The translations under genes and the position numbers were made by a program. A stretch of DNA of 63,777 bases, filler included, from Psammoneis japonica (Eukaryota): assembly GCA_008632985.1 (NCBI GenBank). It is 8 parts of 8 records of this genome, joined end to end, with 100 filler letters (N's around TTAATTAATTAA, not from the genome) between each part and the next. Parts side by side here need not be neighbours in the genome. Positions count along the whole stretch, not along the records: positions 9,165 to 18,110 come from QPGO01000538.1; positions 18,211 to 26,606 come from QPGO01000542.1; 6 more parts are not named here. One strand, written 5' to 3'. The notes below the pieces were generated by a model. That model did not search any database. It was given only the letters and a program-made list of their open reading frames with translations, and was not told the DNA's origin. Position 1 is the stretch's first letter; the number at the start of each line of letters is the position of its first letter. Shown piece by piece: positions 12,014 through 25,067 of the stretch.

Positions 12014-13324
12014 ATGGGAAGCAACAGTCGAGTTTTAGTTCTTTTGCTAATCGTTTCATGTGTGACGTTGCTATCAAACCAAACTTCGGTGCGAAGTGTG
12101 CACCATTTATACTTTGGCATCAAGCAATATGCTCCCGATGAGACGGAGGACATAAGCACCCGAAATGACGAGCGTTTGCAGGAGAAAAGTGCGAATGCTG
12201 TATCAAACGTCAGAAATAACCCAGTGAAAAAAGTCAAGAATCCCATACATTCCGAAAACAAGATGATCAATAGTCGCATAAAAAAGAAACCGAGCAACGC
12301 CGTCAAAAGAAGCAAGTTTTTCAACAATCACACCTGTGTAACCCAGGGTGACCCTGATTTTCCGACCGACTGGAGACGCCGTGCTCCTCATTTTGTGCTG
12401 TTGGGTGCCATGAAGGCAGGGACGGAAACCTTAATGTACTATTTGAGACAACACGAACAGATTGTGAAACCAAAAGACAAGGAAGCAAACTTTTTGGGTC
12501 AAGAAACCTATCAAAGCATATTTACTCCTAATGGTATTTTGCGCAAGAATGCTCGAGACGTTTACGCTGCATACCTGAGAAAGGAAACCCTCGTGTACAC
12601 CAAGGAGGATATCAAGAAGAATGCTTCACTCGTAGCTTCGGACAACACGCCGCATTACATTTTTTGGAATGATGTGGTTCCGGCACGTCTCTTTTGTATA
12701 GCGCCATGGGTAAAGCTCATCCTGTTGCTTCGCGATCCCGTGGAACGATGTTTTTCGCATTACACAATGTCGACGAATACTAGAATTCGCAAGGGATTGG
12801 AGACATCCGATTTCGAAACATGGATTATCAAAGACTTGCGTCGGATGCGAGATTCCGGTCTGATACCACAAGATAAGAAATGGGAAAGTCAGGATGAATA
12901 TGATGCGTTTGCCGGCTCGCCACAAGAGCAAGAAGCTTGGATGACATATACTGGCCAAGATATCGGAAAGAAATATCACGAATCCGTCGTTGGCAAGAGC
13001 CTGTACTCCATTCAATTACGAAACTGGTTGCGTGTCATGGATAGAGTCGGCAAACCTAGGTCGGATCTGTTGGTGCTAAGGTCAGAAGAAATGAGAACAA
13101 ACCCGAAAGAAGTCATTGATCGAGTCATTGATTTCATCGGTTTGCCTCAGTCAGGAATTACTCCCGACACTCATGAACAACATCATGGACGGTACAGGTC
13201 TACTATGAGCAACGAGACGCGATCTATGCTACAAAACTTTTTCGAGCCTTACAATAGAGACCTCTACAAAATGCTGGGGAAAGAGTGGGATGGTGTGTGG
13301 GACAAATCAACGACTGCGCCGTAG
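12014..13324 (+). CDS. PAPS-dependent sulfotransferase (heparan-sulfate 3-O-sulfotransferase-like), type II membrane protein
   Basis: 5'-PSB motif PHFVLLGAMKAGT, 3'-PB motif KLILLLRDPVERCFSHY, C-terminal LQNFFEPYNRDLY, hydrophobic N-terminal anchor after the ATG at 12014. Confidence 0.9.
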   Translation: MGSNSRVLVLLLIVSCVTLLSNQTSVRSVHHLYFGIKQYAPDETEDISTRNDERLQEKSANAVSNVRNNPVKKVKNPIHSENKMINSRIKKKPSNAVKRSKFFNNHTCVTQGDPDFPTDWRRRAPHFVLLGAMKAGTETLMYYLRQHEQIVKPKDKEANFLGQETYQSIFTPNGILRKNARDVYAAYLRKETLVYTKEDIKKNASLVASDNTPHYIFWNDVVPARLFCIAPWVKLILLLRDPVERCFSHYTMSTNTRIRKGLETSDFETWIIKDLRRMRDSGLIPQDKKWESQDEYDAFAGSPQEQEAWMTYTGQDIGKKYHESVVGKSLYSIQLRNWLRVMDRVGKPRSDLLVLRSEEMRTNPKEVIDRVIDFIGLPQSGITPDTHEQHHGRYRSTMSNETRSMLQNFFEPYNRDLYKMLGKEWDGVWDKSTTAP

Positions 13325-13361
13325 TTGTCATCGATGAAAGTTGCAGCGACCTACCATCATA

Positions 13362-15214
13362 TCATCGTCGCTCAAACACGCAAAGAGTTTCCACGTGGTC
13401 GCTCCCTGGAAATAAAATATAACCCGTCGCACTCTTCAACACCCACCCACCCTGACTTGCCAAAAGTCGGTCGCAATCCCTTGCAAGAGCATCAAAACCA
13501 CAGCTTACATAAACTAGAGTACGAACATCATTGGTCAGTTGACTCTTGCATCAGGAATCATTAACATTGTCGCGTCTTCCACAAAATCTTGGTCGCGAGA
13601 AATGGGTTTGCACAGTTCGGTCAACACTTCTGGTTCCAATCCCTTGCGAGGTGGATCCACAATCAAGACATTGGCTCCAAGCGCATCTCCTTCATGCAGG
13701 GCTTGCGAGGCTGAAGCAACCAAGTAGCTTGTCTTTTCTTCAATACTTTTGGGTCCATAATCATCATATCCTCGGCGGGATTTCTTGTTGTTCTGTCCAG
13801 TAACTTCTTGTGGCCTGTACAAGTAAAAACATTGCCAGAAATACATAATTCACGAAAGCTTTGTCAGTATCAACACTTAGTATACACTATTCGTTCATCG
13901 ACTTACATGCTGCTCACCGCCGTTTGAAGCATCGGGGTTGGCGGGATTTCATCGCTGCATCGTAACCATTGCAACGGTGTCCCTTGTTGAGCGTGGTGCG
14001 ACAAGGGCGGTCAAGCCTAAAACTCCAACACCGGCATACAACTCGCAGACACGACTGTTTGCCGGTACGGTACGAGCAACATTCAAGGCCAAAGCATCAA
14101 ATCCATCCATATTCCCCTGACGAAATGCAGATGGCGTAAAGTACAAGAGTCCATTCTTAACGTCGCTCTTTGTTGATGGATGGAATCGGTTCTCGGACAA
14201 ACTCGGGACCCCATACCAAATGCCACCGATTTGGATTTCGGGCAAAGATATTATTCTTGACGCCGTCATTGCAATGGCACCACATGCTGTGCCAAAGATT
14301 GGGTTCCGCCTTGAGTAAAGCCTTGGTCAATCGCGAAACGCCCGGCTGTGTTTGTTTCAACTGTGCGGCATTCCATACAAGAGTCAAACAAATCTTGGCC
14401 GTGCTTCGATCCACTTGCAACTGAACATAACGCAAGCCTCCTTCACCACTATCTTCATCATAGGCGGCAGTCCCCACCTTGGCGGTAGCATCACCAACGC
14501 CTGAGCAGCCTTGTTGATGGATGGATGATGAACCTTGCACTGTGGAATCGACACGACCTTGTGGGATGCACGCTGATAGAGTCCAAAACTACAGCCATCT
14601 TTACCCCACGAGGATGATTTGGGTGCGACAGCCAATTTTGCTTGAGTCCGCCATCCCACCAAGGAGGACGGTACGACAAGCTTGTAAAAGTCATCTCCTC
14701 TTGAAACCATTTCTTCCCTGCTGCCAATCAAATCAAAGCGGTGTTTTCGTACAGCCGGACTGGAAAAGTAGAGCTTGGACGATTCGAGAATGTCAACGGA
14801 TCCCACCTTGTCATTCACCACACAACCGGGACAAACATCAAAATGCTCACAACCAATTGGGTCAACCAATCGTTCCTCGTTGGTGCTCATGTCATTATCA
14901 TTGTTGATAAAGAGTGGTTGGCGCCCTTGGTCGTCTTTATGTTTTTGTTGCTTCTTTTACTGTGTATCGTCGTTTTTGTTGCCACTTTTTGTTACGGGAG
15001 GAGATCCACTGCCACGATTTCCCTGTCTTGAAGTAGAGGCTGCTGCAAGCTGTAATAAAGAATAAGGCTTTTGTACCGACGCTGCTATTGTTCTTGGCGG
15101 GGAGAATCCGACAACAAAGAACGTTTGATCAACCGACAACAGCAACAACAATCCAATTGTTCCCAACACCATTGAAGTCTGAAAGAGTGTTGCGCACATC
15201 ATATTTTTCATCAA
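13362..15214 (-). CDS. TrmA/RlmD-family RNA (uracil-5)-methyltransferase, broken by several 1-nt indels (sequence errors or pseudogene)
   Basis: CEHFDVCPGC, FRQGN, ELYAGVG, IVDPPRKGL, YVSCG and FPGSDHVETL are spread over several frames. Intron 13815-13906 (GTAAGT...TACAG). Signal-peptide-like N-terminus. Confidence 0.85.
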
Positions 15215-15720
15215 TCTTTGTTGGACAGTGCTTTGCCACAGTGAATTATATAATATTACGGCATAGCAATTGCGTCACTTTCCACAATTCTCAGCTGTGA
15301 TGATTGATGTTGTCGGTGGGCGGAATGCTGATGATTTGATGATGGCGGATGATGGATGCAAAGCTGAAAATGCGCGAATGAATGAAAGGCAGGCAGGGGG
15401 GGAAACAGTTGCGTTGGGCGGGTGGACAGGCGCCAACAACCCCATGCTGTTTGTCCGTCATTGCGCACACACGTGAATCTCTCCGAATGAATGAGTTCAC
15501 TTCAAGTTCATCTTGGCACTCAGTGAGTGCTGTGCAACATGCCAGTTGAGTGCATGGCCCTTGCTTTGTGGTGTGGGCTCACCTGCAGACATGACTCGAA
15601 ATCTTGGGTGTCAGCGCACATCACAAGACATTTTCCAGCATCTGCCAGTTGTTGTCAGCGCCGCGCATGTCAGCACATGCTCCCTCAAGACACAAGGGCC
15701 ATGACAGACATGTCAAGCAG

Positions 15721-16105
15721 CAGAAGATGTCTTGCTGATGGCAGGGTGTGGCTGCAGTGTGTGACAGATTGTGTGAGTCAGCCAGCGTCCATCTTGTGGT
15801 GTGTGCAATGCGCCGTTGTCATGTGTGGCCAGCTCTTGCAGGGCCGGCTGCATGGCAGTCCGCCCAGCATTTGGTCTTCTCATGCTCTTGTTTGACAAGT
15901 GCCAAACCTGCCCTGTGGTGCACTGGTGTTCTGTGCATTTAGAGAGTGTTCTCTTGTTTGTCATCGAGCTGAGCAAGAAGGCTCTGTTTTCTGTCCTGGG
16001 CACATTGCCACTTGGAAGACTGCGCAGCACCTCAAATGACAGCTCTCTGCCAAACACTGACTGTGCTGGACTTGCATGCTGAGTGGCTGGCAGAAGTGTG
16101 TGCTG
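15721..16105. repeat. About 385-bp direct repeat, copy 1 (copy 2 at 17706-18087)
   Basis: tcttgctgatggcagggtgtggctgcagtgtgtgacagattgtgtgagtc... aligns over its full length with the second copy. Confidence 0.9.
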
Positions 16106-17294
16106 CTGCTCTCACTGCAAAATGCAGCCGCTGAAAGCATGCTGCTCCACTTTGTGCTGTCATCTCTTCATCCAGCTCCACACTCTCAACTGAAAACGGG
16201 CATGTTCTTGTCACAGGTGGGGCCTTGTGCTGCTGGGCTGTGATGTTGATTTTTTTTCATGCACCATTTGTCAGACACTTTCATTTCTGCTCTGCTTTGG
16301 TGGCATTTTGTGTCATTTTGTGGAGTGATTGTTGGGTGATCCACTCAGCAACTTTGTCATTTTTCACTGGCTCAGGCAGATTTTCTAAAACATTGAGTGC
16401 AAAGAGGTGCAAATGCCCTGCAAACTTGGTTGCTTGCTTGAGTGTTAAAGACAAATGTGTCTGTGTTGAGGATGGATTGACAAGCAAAGGTTGTTTTTTG
16501 TGCTGAGCTCACATTTTTTTTGTTTTCGAGAAAAAAGGGCACACCCCACACAAAGTGCGCAAGGTTTGCCAAAATGAAATTTTGACAATGAGCAGAACTT
16601 TGTCTGTTCACAAGACATTGTGCACACAAGATGGCAATGACTGTGTGCAATCTTTGGCTTGGTGCAAACATGTCTGTGGCCAGTCAAATGCCAGCCCTTG
16701 AAATTTCCTGGAAACTTGTGGAGGCTTGCCAGCCACAAGCAAGCAGTGCAATTTTGGCAAAAAAAATGGCAGTTTTTTGAATGTGACAATTGCGCACCAA
16801 GTCTGACAATTGGAGCTTGAATGTTTGAACCCCACTTGGAAAGGAGCCCCACCAGCAAGTCATGTTGGGGTAGCCAAAATGTCTGAAAAATGCAGCCGTG
16901 CATCTCAGTGGCAAAGCCAACCACAATTTTCACAAGTGCTGAGCACAAACCTCTTTTGTCCTTTTGCACTGCAACCACATCCAAGTGATTGCCTTAACTT
17001 TTTGGTGGGTGCCAGCAGAGTGCATCATCTTGCAGCTGGATGACCAGAGTGCTCCAGCTGAGTCTGGCCAAACAAAAAGCTGACTTGTTGGCATGGTCCT
17101 GAAGTCTTGAGAATCTTGTGAAGTCTCTCAAGACCATGCCCTGCTTCTTCTTAAGATTGTCTTTAAAGGATCCCTTTGTTGTGGCAAGCAAGTTGTTTGT
17201 GTCCATGCACATGAAAGAAAAAACTGCACTTGCTCTTGACACCTCACCAGCTTTGGGGTGCATTGATGATGGCCTTGCCATCAACACTGACAAG

Positions 17295-17703
17295 TTTCTG
17301 TGAACTGCTGCATCTTGGCCATGAAGTGCTCCTTGAAGTCAGCATGACAGTCAAGGTGATCCTGGGCGATGTTGGTGAAAGCACCTGCCGCGATTTGCAC
17401 ACCGTCAAGGCAGTTTTGCTGCAAACCATGACTGGAGGCTTCAAGCACCAGCACCATCATGCCATCATTCACCAGTTTGTCAAGCATCCCATGCAGGGCA
17501 ACCGGGGCTGGTGTGGTGCAGGCAATCGGCTGTGTGCCCTCTGGGTCTGTGACCCTGGCAGCGCCCAAGCTGGCCGTCGTGGGCTGTCCCGAAGCCTTTC
17601 CCAGATCTGCTGGCACATGAGTGCCACAACCAACATCTTTCTGTTGGCGCTGGTGATGGCAACAATAGTTTCAGGCTGGTGTCCAGCAAACTTGGCTGCC
17701 ATC
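17295..17703 (-). pseudogene. murE: Fragment of a bacterial-type Mur ligase MurE, frameshifted and hypermutated
   Basis: QPETIVAITSANRK (P-loop, normally VTGTNGKT), QIWE, TTPAPVALH, EASSHGLQQNCLDGV, AFTNIAQDHLDCH (normally FTNxxRDHLDYH), FKEHFMAK. Confidence 0.85.
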
Positions 17704-20700
17704 ANAGAAGTCTTGCTGATGGCAGGGTGTGGCTGCAGTGTGTGACAGATTGTGTGAGTCAGCGAGCGTCCATCTGTGTGTGGTGTGTGCAACGCGCCGT
17801 TGTCATGTGTGGCCAGCTCTTGCAGGGCCTGCTGCATGGCAGTCCGCCCAGCATTTGTCTTCTCATGCTCTTGTTTGACAAGTGCCAAAACTGCCCTGTG
17901 GTGCACTGGTGGTCGTGCATTTAGAGAATTGTCTTGTTTGTCAGCGAGCTGAGCAACAAGGCCCTGTTTCTGTCCTGGGCACATTTGCCACTTGAAGACT
18001 GCACACAGCACCTCAAATGAGGACAGTTCTCTGCTGAACACTGACTGCGCTGGACTTGCATGTTGGTGGCTGGCAGAAGCGTGTGCTGGGGTGGTTGGCC
18101 AGTTTAGAGTNNNNNNNNNNNNNNNNNNNNNNNNNNNNNNNNNNNNNNNNNNNNTTAATTAATTAANNNNNNNNNNNNNNNNNNNNNNNNNNNNNNNNNN
18201 NNNNNNNNNNCATCTCTGCATGGAAACCGTTCAGTCACTGGCCGGCCGACGCGGAATTTGTGCGGGAATGACCGAAGCGTCAGCTGAGGTCATCGGAACC
18301 GGTCACGAAGCCGGCAGGCTGAGTGCCGGTTCTCCCGTACAAATTCCACGGAGGCCGGAGCGGCCGAACCTGAGGGTGCGCTGAGGCGGAGGTCCCCGAT
18401 GCCGAAGCGCACCCGAAGGTGAGGACGCGTCCACGTGACTGACCGGCTTCCATGGGAACCTGTCAGTTAGAGGACTGACGCAACACAGAGACCAACAAAA
18501 TGCGTTGACATGGATCTCCATTGAGTGATCCTGGTGATGCATTCTTTGCACAGGACTGCTGGAAGACGCCATGGTCGACGGTGACGGCCTCTCGATCGCG
18601 GTGTCGTTTCGTGGGTTTGCTTTGCACATGTGCACATTGCACACACATGCAGGTGCACATTTGTTTTAATCAGGCGGTTCTGTTTGTGTGTTTGTTCATT
18701 TGCATGTGCTTTTTCACAGTCAGCATTGGTTTGTGGCATTCAAACACGATTGAACTCTGCGACGTCACATGCCAGAGACCTGCACAACATTGTCGTAGCC
18801 AGCATGTGCAGGAACCACCGTTGGGTCGAGAGCACTTTTTGAACTTCAATGCCAGACAACATGCAGATTTCTGCGAGTCAGAAATGACCCTCCAGTGCCA
18901 TGTCATGTGCATCGCTCACTGAGGGAACGCGACGGCCGGTTCCCGGAACACTGGCACATGCCTGCGTGGCTCTACGTCGGGAATCGGCCGAATTTGTCAA
19001 AATCGACTGCGCTGGTTCCGACGGTTGGAATGAGACAAAATTCAAATGTTGGTTCGCAACCGTGTGCCAAGTTCCCACGCAGCTTCTACACAACCGCCAA
19101 AATCATCGCGGTCACAATGACTCGAGTTTCCACACACAGTCCACACAGCACTGCGAACAACAATGTCAGTCCGACAACTGACAGGTTCCTTTCAATGACA
19201 GCCGGCACGCACAAAATGAACTGCATGTTCCTTGATCTCCATGTGATGCGGAAGCATGCAACAACAACCCATCTCGTTCACCCTCCGATCCAAGCCAGTG
19301 CACTGCAAGCGACACCCCCAAGGACCGCCCCCATCGAAACAGAGACAGTGCCTCCATGCAGCTGTGGTGCAGAATCAGCAGAAGTCACAGCGACACATCA
19401 CCTTTCTTTGGTTGTGACTGCGGCGCGACTTCCCTGAGTTTCGTTGGCGTTCTTCTGCTTTCAGCAAATTTTGTTTGATGGTGTTGCTGTGGCTGCTGCA
19501 AATGAAGCAGGCACATGTCATGTTCTGGCACAGAACAAAGAGCTTTCAGTGGGGATGCTCTGACCAATGTCCCTCTGCCAGAGAAGCAGACAGCTGTGTC
19601 GACTGAGTCGTCTCTTGACTCTTTTCCTCCATTTTGCCACACTCACCAGATTCAAAACAGTGGCAAACATTTCAGCCTTCCTGCAAGCAGGATTGTGGTC
19701 CTGACTTGTGACAGCTGCAGAGACATCAGAGCACTGTGTTGGCTGGTGTCAGAGATGCTCAGTGGGGTGCGCGTGTTGATGATGCTGTGGAGTGTTTTTT
19801 GAGCTGCTCATTCTCTGTGCAAATTCAGGGGCTCTTCACCGGCATCAAGAAGAGAACTCACCCCATCCTGACTGGAACTCATGGTGGGATCTCTGGGAGT
19901 CACACAACAAAATTGGCTCATGGACATGAGGCAGGTGCCACAAAGATGTTGTTGCAGAGAGAGCCAGTGGGGAGGCTGAGCTCACAACTGTTTGCAGAAA
20001 ATGACAAGAGAGTGCTTGGCTGGGGATTGTGGCATGCTGATGGATTCCATTGAAGAATGCTGCACCCAGCCACTCCACTGCCAGGCTTCAGAGCCAGGCA
20101 GCTGGGGCAAACCATGACTCAAAGACAGCTTGAAAGAAGAAGCAAACACTCAGGAGCACTTTGCACAAGAGCTTGTGCCGTCATTGGCTGCTTCTTCCAA
20201 CAGGCATCCCATTCTGGTGGTGGTGCCAATCCAGGCCAATCCATGGCACTTCTGCTGCACATTTGTGCACTGGAAGTGCAGGCCATCCTGCACTGGCACA
20301 GCCTGTCAATGGAATGGCAGCACTGAAAACCAGGTTTGGGGTTTTCTGCCAAGCATGTGTGCACCACCACCAATGCTTTTTGGTGGAAGGATCTCAAAAA
20401 TGATTCCTTGTGCACTCTGCAATTGCTTTGTCCAGATGCACCCCAAAAAAGTTGAAGACATCTGGAAAAGCATGGCACTCTGCCAACCAGATTTACAACA
20501 TGCAGAGACAGACCATTTTGCATGGAAGATGGCAAGACAAAATGGGGTGCGTGAAAATTTTCCCACCCAAGCCATGAGTGATTCAGTGTCTCCTGCTGCC
20601 AACCCCCGCCACATTCTGAGGAAGTCATGCAAACATGTCATGTGCTCTGTGCATGCAAAAGACAAGCTCCAGCCTCTGATGTTTGTTGAGCTCCAATGCG

Positions 20701-23700
20701 TCCCTTCCTTTCTGAGAAATTTCTGCACAAAATCAGCGCCACGATTTCCCACCTCATGAGAAAATGCCATGCTTTTGAAGAATGAATGACAGTGTTCAAT
20801 GATGCTCATTAAAAGGAAAATTCTTTTCCAGAGCTTTGCTCAATGGCAGACAGCTTCAGCAAAATGCTTTGCGGTTTTGCAGTGTCTGACTGTTGTTCAC
20901 CATTGAGTGTTGAATTGCACAGGAGAAGCATGGTGGAAATCTTCCGCGCATCCCATTTTTTTCAGATTTTCCATCTGTCATCTTCCATGCAAAATGGTTT
21001 GTGCCAGAAAGTTTGTTTGCACAAAAAATCACCACTGAAGAGGGGGGCAAGTTGAAAAAGCAAGTTCTTGTTGTGTTCTCTGCACACAGTTGCTGCTCCT
21101 CTTGGCGCATCTCCAAAATCTCTTTCTCTCATGTGTGGCAGCCAATGCTTTGCACTGCTCCTGGAAAAAGTTTTCTTTGTTTGTCATTCAAAATGCCTGT
21201 CATCTCTTTTTTGAAATTGCGCACAAATCCCACATGGCTGGTTTGCCAGAAAATGCCAGGAAACTGGTGCCAGGTGCCTCTTTGTTCCTCCGCAGTTGAC
21301 AGTCATCTGATCAGGTGCGCTTTAGATCAAACATTTGCAATGGCATGCATGGCAAAACAGCCAGGTTTGTCATTGCACATGTTGTGAGAAGACAACAGCT
21401 TTGGCCCAAAAACATGCAGACTCTTTTTTGCAGAAGGGTCATTTTTGAAAGAGATTGCGCAAGAATGTGCGAGCCTGACAGCTCCAACCACTGGAAGGCT
21501 GGTGCCTGCAAAGGCTGTCCTGACAAGACAGCATGTTCTTTGGGCACCTTTGGTTCTTTGTCAGAAGCCTCAGCACAAGCTTAAAAAGAAAAGCCTGTGC
21601 TTCAGTGCTTGTTTTCCAATGTTCAGCCATGTGGCTCTCTTGCCATCTAGAAAGGGTGGAGTCATGGCATTGCAAATGGAAATCCAAGCGACTGTTGCTT
21701 TCAGGAGATGCAGCAAATGGATTGGACAAGGAGGGCCAAAAGCATGGGGGGCTGGACAACAAAAGGAGTGCAGCAAGTTCCTGGCCTGAGTTCCATGACT
21801 GCAGCATAATCATCAAATGGCAAAAAAAATCAAATTTGGAAAATTTGGCAGGCAAAAAGTGGTCATTGTTGTGAAGTGGGTGTTTAAAAAACTTGACATT
21901 CAAAGAGAAGCAAAAAACAGCCAAACACAATGACGTGCTGGCTGGCACAATTGGCCTCAGGTGAGTGCAGAAAAACAAGTCTTGGGTGCACAACATGATG
22001 TTGCCATGTGTTGTTTGTGGGTAACTTTGAAAGAGACATGTCTCCCATTTTCAAAAACTCAAAGGTGATGTTGTCAGCGAAGCTTCAAGAGTGGCGGTGT
22101 TGGCGGTGTTCAAGGCCAAAAAGTGGAAAGCAGTGTTCAGAACAATCTGTGCTGCACTCACTGTTTGTGCATTCATGCACTTGTTTTTTTTCAGCAGTGT
22201 GATGCTTGCTGTCCATTTTGTTGGATGCTTTGTCATCTGGGTCAACAAGATCATCCGGGACAGCATTTGACATCAACAGATTTGCCCCCACTGCTCAACT
22301 CTGTGCAAATGGGAGCTCAACACGGCACCAACTCATGTTCTCTTTGGCAATGGCCCGCCATTTTTCAAGGTGTGTGTGTGAAAAGCTGCTTCCAATGCCA
22401 TCTGGTGTTGTTGTTCATGTGCTCTTGATGGTGCCAACATGACAGTGCTCACTCTCAATTGCTCAATGTGGTGCCGGCAGAATGACTTTGGGAAAGTCCA
22501 TGGGATCTTGTGCGTTCATGTGACAGCACCAGCAGAATGATGCCCACTCTCAACTGCCCATTGTGGTGCAGTCAAAAAGAGACTCACTCTAAATTTGCTT
22601 TGAATGCTCCATCACATGCGGCAGGTGTTGACATCACCCAGGGATGGCATTTGACGTCAATCGATGCACCCCAAGTGGTTGACACAGAGCAAATCCAAGA
22701 GTTGAAGAGCACCCTGTTCTTTTGCAATTGCCCAGTCATGTGAGTGCAGCAGAGTGCCATTTTGATGTCCTCTCATGATTGCGATCTGGCAAGTGTGATT
22801 TGTGTGTTGTGCGCTTGTTGTGCTTTTGGCAGAATGCCACTCAGCACTCTCATTGCCTCGACTGTTTCATCATCAAGGATGACAAGCAGCAGCCAAAGAG
22901 CTTGTCACACATGCATGAGCAGCTGAATGGCAACATTTGCCAGCAAACAGCACACAATGATGACAACGAAATTAACCAGCCAGAACGAATGGCCATTGGA
23001 TTGGAGACAGGATGCCATTTGAACGTCAGAACAAAATTGGCCTTGAACAAAAAAGAAAAGCAGAGGCTGCACGTGATGTGAATTGATTTGTTGCATGGTG
23101 AAAAGAGGAGTGAACAGAAAGCAATTCATCACACAGTAAAAAGCCACCAAGCAAGTGTCACACTTGAAAATGTCGGGAACATTGTCCGCGTGGACACTGT
23201 GCTTGAATTTTCTTGTGCACGACATGCCAAGAAAAATGTTTGCATCAGAACCAAGATTTCCAGCATGGCGTGCAAGAATGTTCAAATTAAAATCAAAAGT
23301 TTGTTGGCACGTCGGGCAAGAATGCCGTGCAGGCATTTGCATGCGATGTCAGATCATCGCCCCGCCAGACGTTCTTCCAACAAGCCACCTCCACACACAG
23401 CGTGGCAAAGCCTTGGATGAATGACAGAGTCATCAAGAACTGGAAGTGTCTGTCTTTCAGCAGTGCCTGGCCATTCATTCCAAGCCTTCTCCAGCAGATC
23501 TGCACTCTCTGACCAGAAGGGAGTGACTGGCTGGGCAAGACACAGCACCTCATTCTTCTTCCCTGGTCGGGAGGAGATTCAATTTGCACGGCCCCCCTGC
23601 CTGGACAAACAAAGTGGACCGTGGCACCGCAGAAGTGAGGAGTGCCGCGTTTGTTGCCGAGCACTGCAATGGAGCCATTGTTTGCACGTTGCGTTGGTGG

Positions 23701-24015
23701 TCGCGAAAATTCGCTCATTTGCTTTGCGAGAAAATTGTGAGAGCAAACAAGGAAGCACCGCGCATGCTGCCTGCAGTTTCCGGTTGCGTTCGACTTCGTT
23801 CGATTTTGTTCTTGAAATATATAGTACGTACCTACAGTACCGGCTACCGGTATGTAGGTGTTCTGTCCGTACTCAGTACTCAGTAGTAAACGAAGTCGAC
23901 AATGACATGCATGGGTGCAGCAACGCCGTTCTCTCAGCGTTCTCCATCCACTGCAACTCACAACTTCTGCACAACGGTATAATACTGCAGCTCTTCGAAG
24001 TAAATCGATTCGACC

Positions 24016-25067
24016 ATGGGAAAAAGAGCAGACGCAACAGAGCTAAAGCAAAGCCGCAGGCAACCAACGCACCCCATAAGCTAGACGATCGCATACACGA
24101 GCGAATCTCAGAGCTTGTCTCCCATCTGCCGAGAAATACGTCATCCGAACAAGACGGCATCAGGGCCATCAGTGTCTTGGCGGATCTCGCGGATGTCGTT
24201 GCCAAAGACAAAAGCGGTTCCAGTCGTGCGCTTATCCAGCTTGGAGGCATCAGTGCGGTTATCAATCTAATGCAAGAAACTGCTTACAGCAGCGTCTTAT
24301 ATTTCGGTTGCGGCTTACTTCTCTCTGTTGCTTCGATGAACTACAGAGAGGACTTAGAAAACAAACGCGCCATTGTACAGGCTGGCGGAATTCCGGTCAT
24401 TCTATGCACTCTAAGAAATCAGCGTGAGTGCTTCCCAGAGCTCCCGAAGGAACATGCCGGTCTATCTCTTCGCAATACATTGGCATTGTTGTGCTCAATG
24501 GCTCGCTATCAATCGATAGCCAAATCCATCCAAGAGCATGGGGGAGTCAAAGAATCAGTCTTGTTGCTGCGGAACCACGTCACGGACGGCGAAATGCAAA
24601 CGAACATCATTGAAGCAGCAATGGCTCTGATTCGCGCACTACTTTTTTCGGAGACTGTCGTCGTGTCTGAAGTCATTTCATGTGGAGGCGTCCCAAATGT
24701 TCTGGCGTGTATGGAGAAATACCCAAATGAAAGAAGGATCCATATTTTCGGATGTGCACTAGTGGCAAAGTTGTCCGCCTTGAATCCGTCGGTAGTGCTT
24801 GCTGCTGACGGCGACGACGTTATGAAGCGATCAATCCAACGCCATGATGACTGTCATGTCAAAGGGTGGGCCGGTCGTGCGATTCGCTCGATGGAAAAAG
24901 TTGTTCCTCAATGTCGCGCTTGTGGTAAAAAATCCGAGGATATGAAGGTATGCAACAGATGCTACATTGCATGGTATTGCAATGATGATTGCCTTGCCAC
25001 GGATTGGCATGAGAACCACAAGGCTGTATGCAATGCGGCCCGTTGGAGACCATGCAAGAAAGAGTAG
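24016..25067 (+). CDS. Armadillo-like repeat protein with a C-terminal MYND zinc finger
   Basis: GGI/GGV helical repeats and CRAC...CNRC..AWYC...C...W...HK.VC. Probable start is MGKKSRR at 24016, which needs one extra base in the GGGAAAAA run. The ORF-track extension to 23421 runs into repeat DNA. Confidence 0.8.

Noticed and set aside
13362..15214. Programmed frameshifting or firm pseudogene status for the methyltransferase (also myosin near 55705 and the MYND start)
   Set aside because: Most breaks are repaired by adding one base to a short run, and the motifs are intact. Consensus indel errors are likelier, and reads are needed to decide.
15721..18087. The direct repeats as LTRs of an element carrying murE
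   Set aside because: There are no TG...CA termini, PBS or PPT, and copy 2 starts right after a single N, so it may be an assembly overlap or a second haplotype.
15500..23800. Dense overlapping Cys/His-rich ORFs on all six frames (also 5700-7700, 29400-32000, 45000-50800, 56700-57700)
   Set aside because: They are a by-product of losing TAA/TAG stops and gaining TG/CA. They are not metal-binding proteins.
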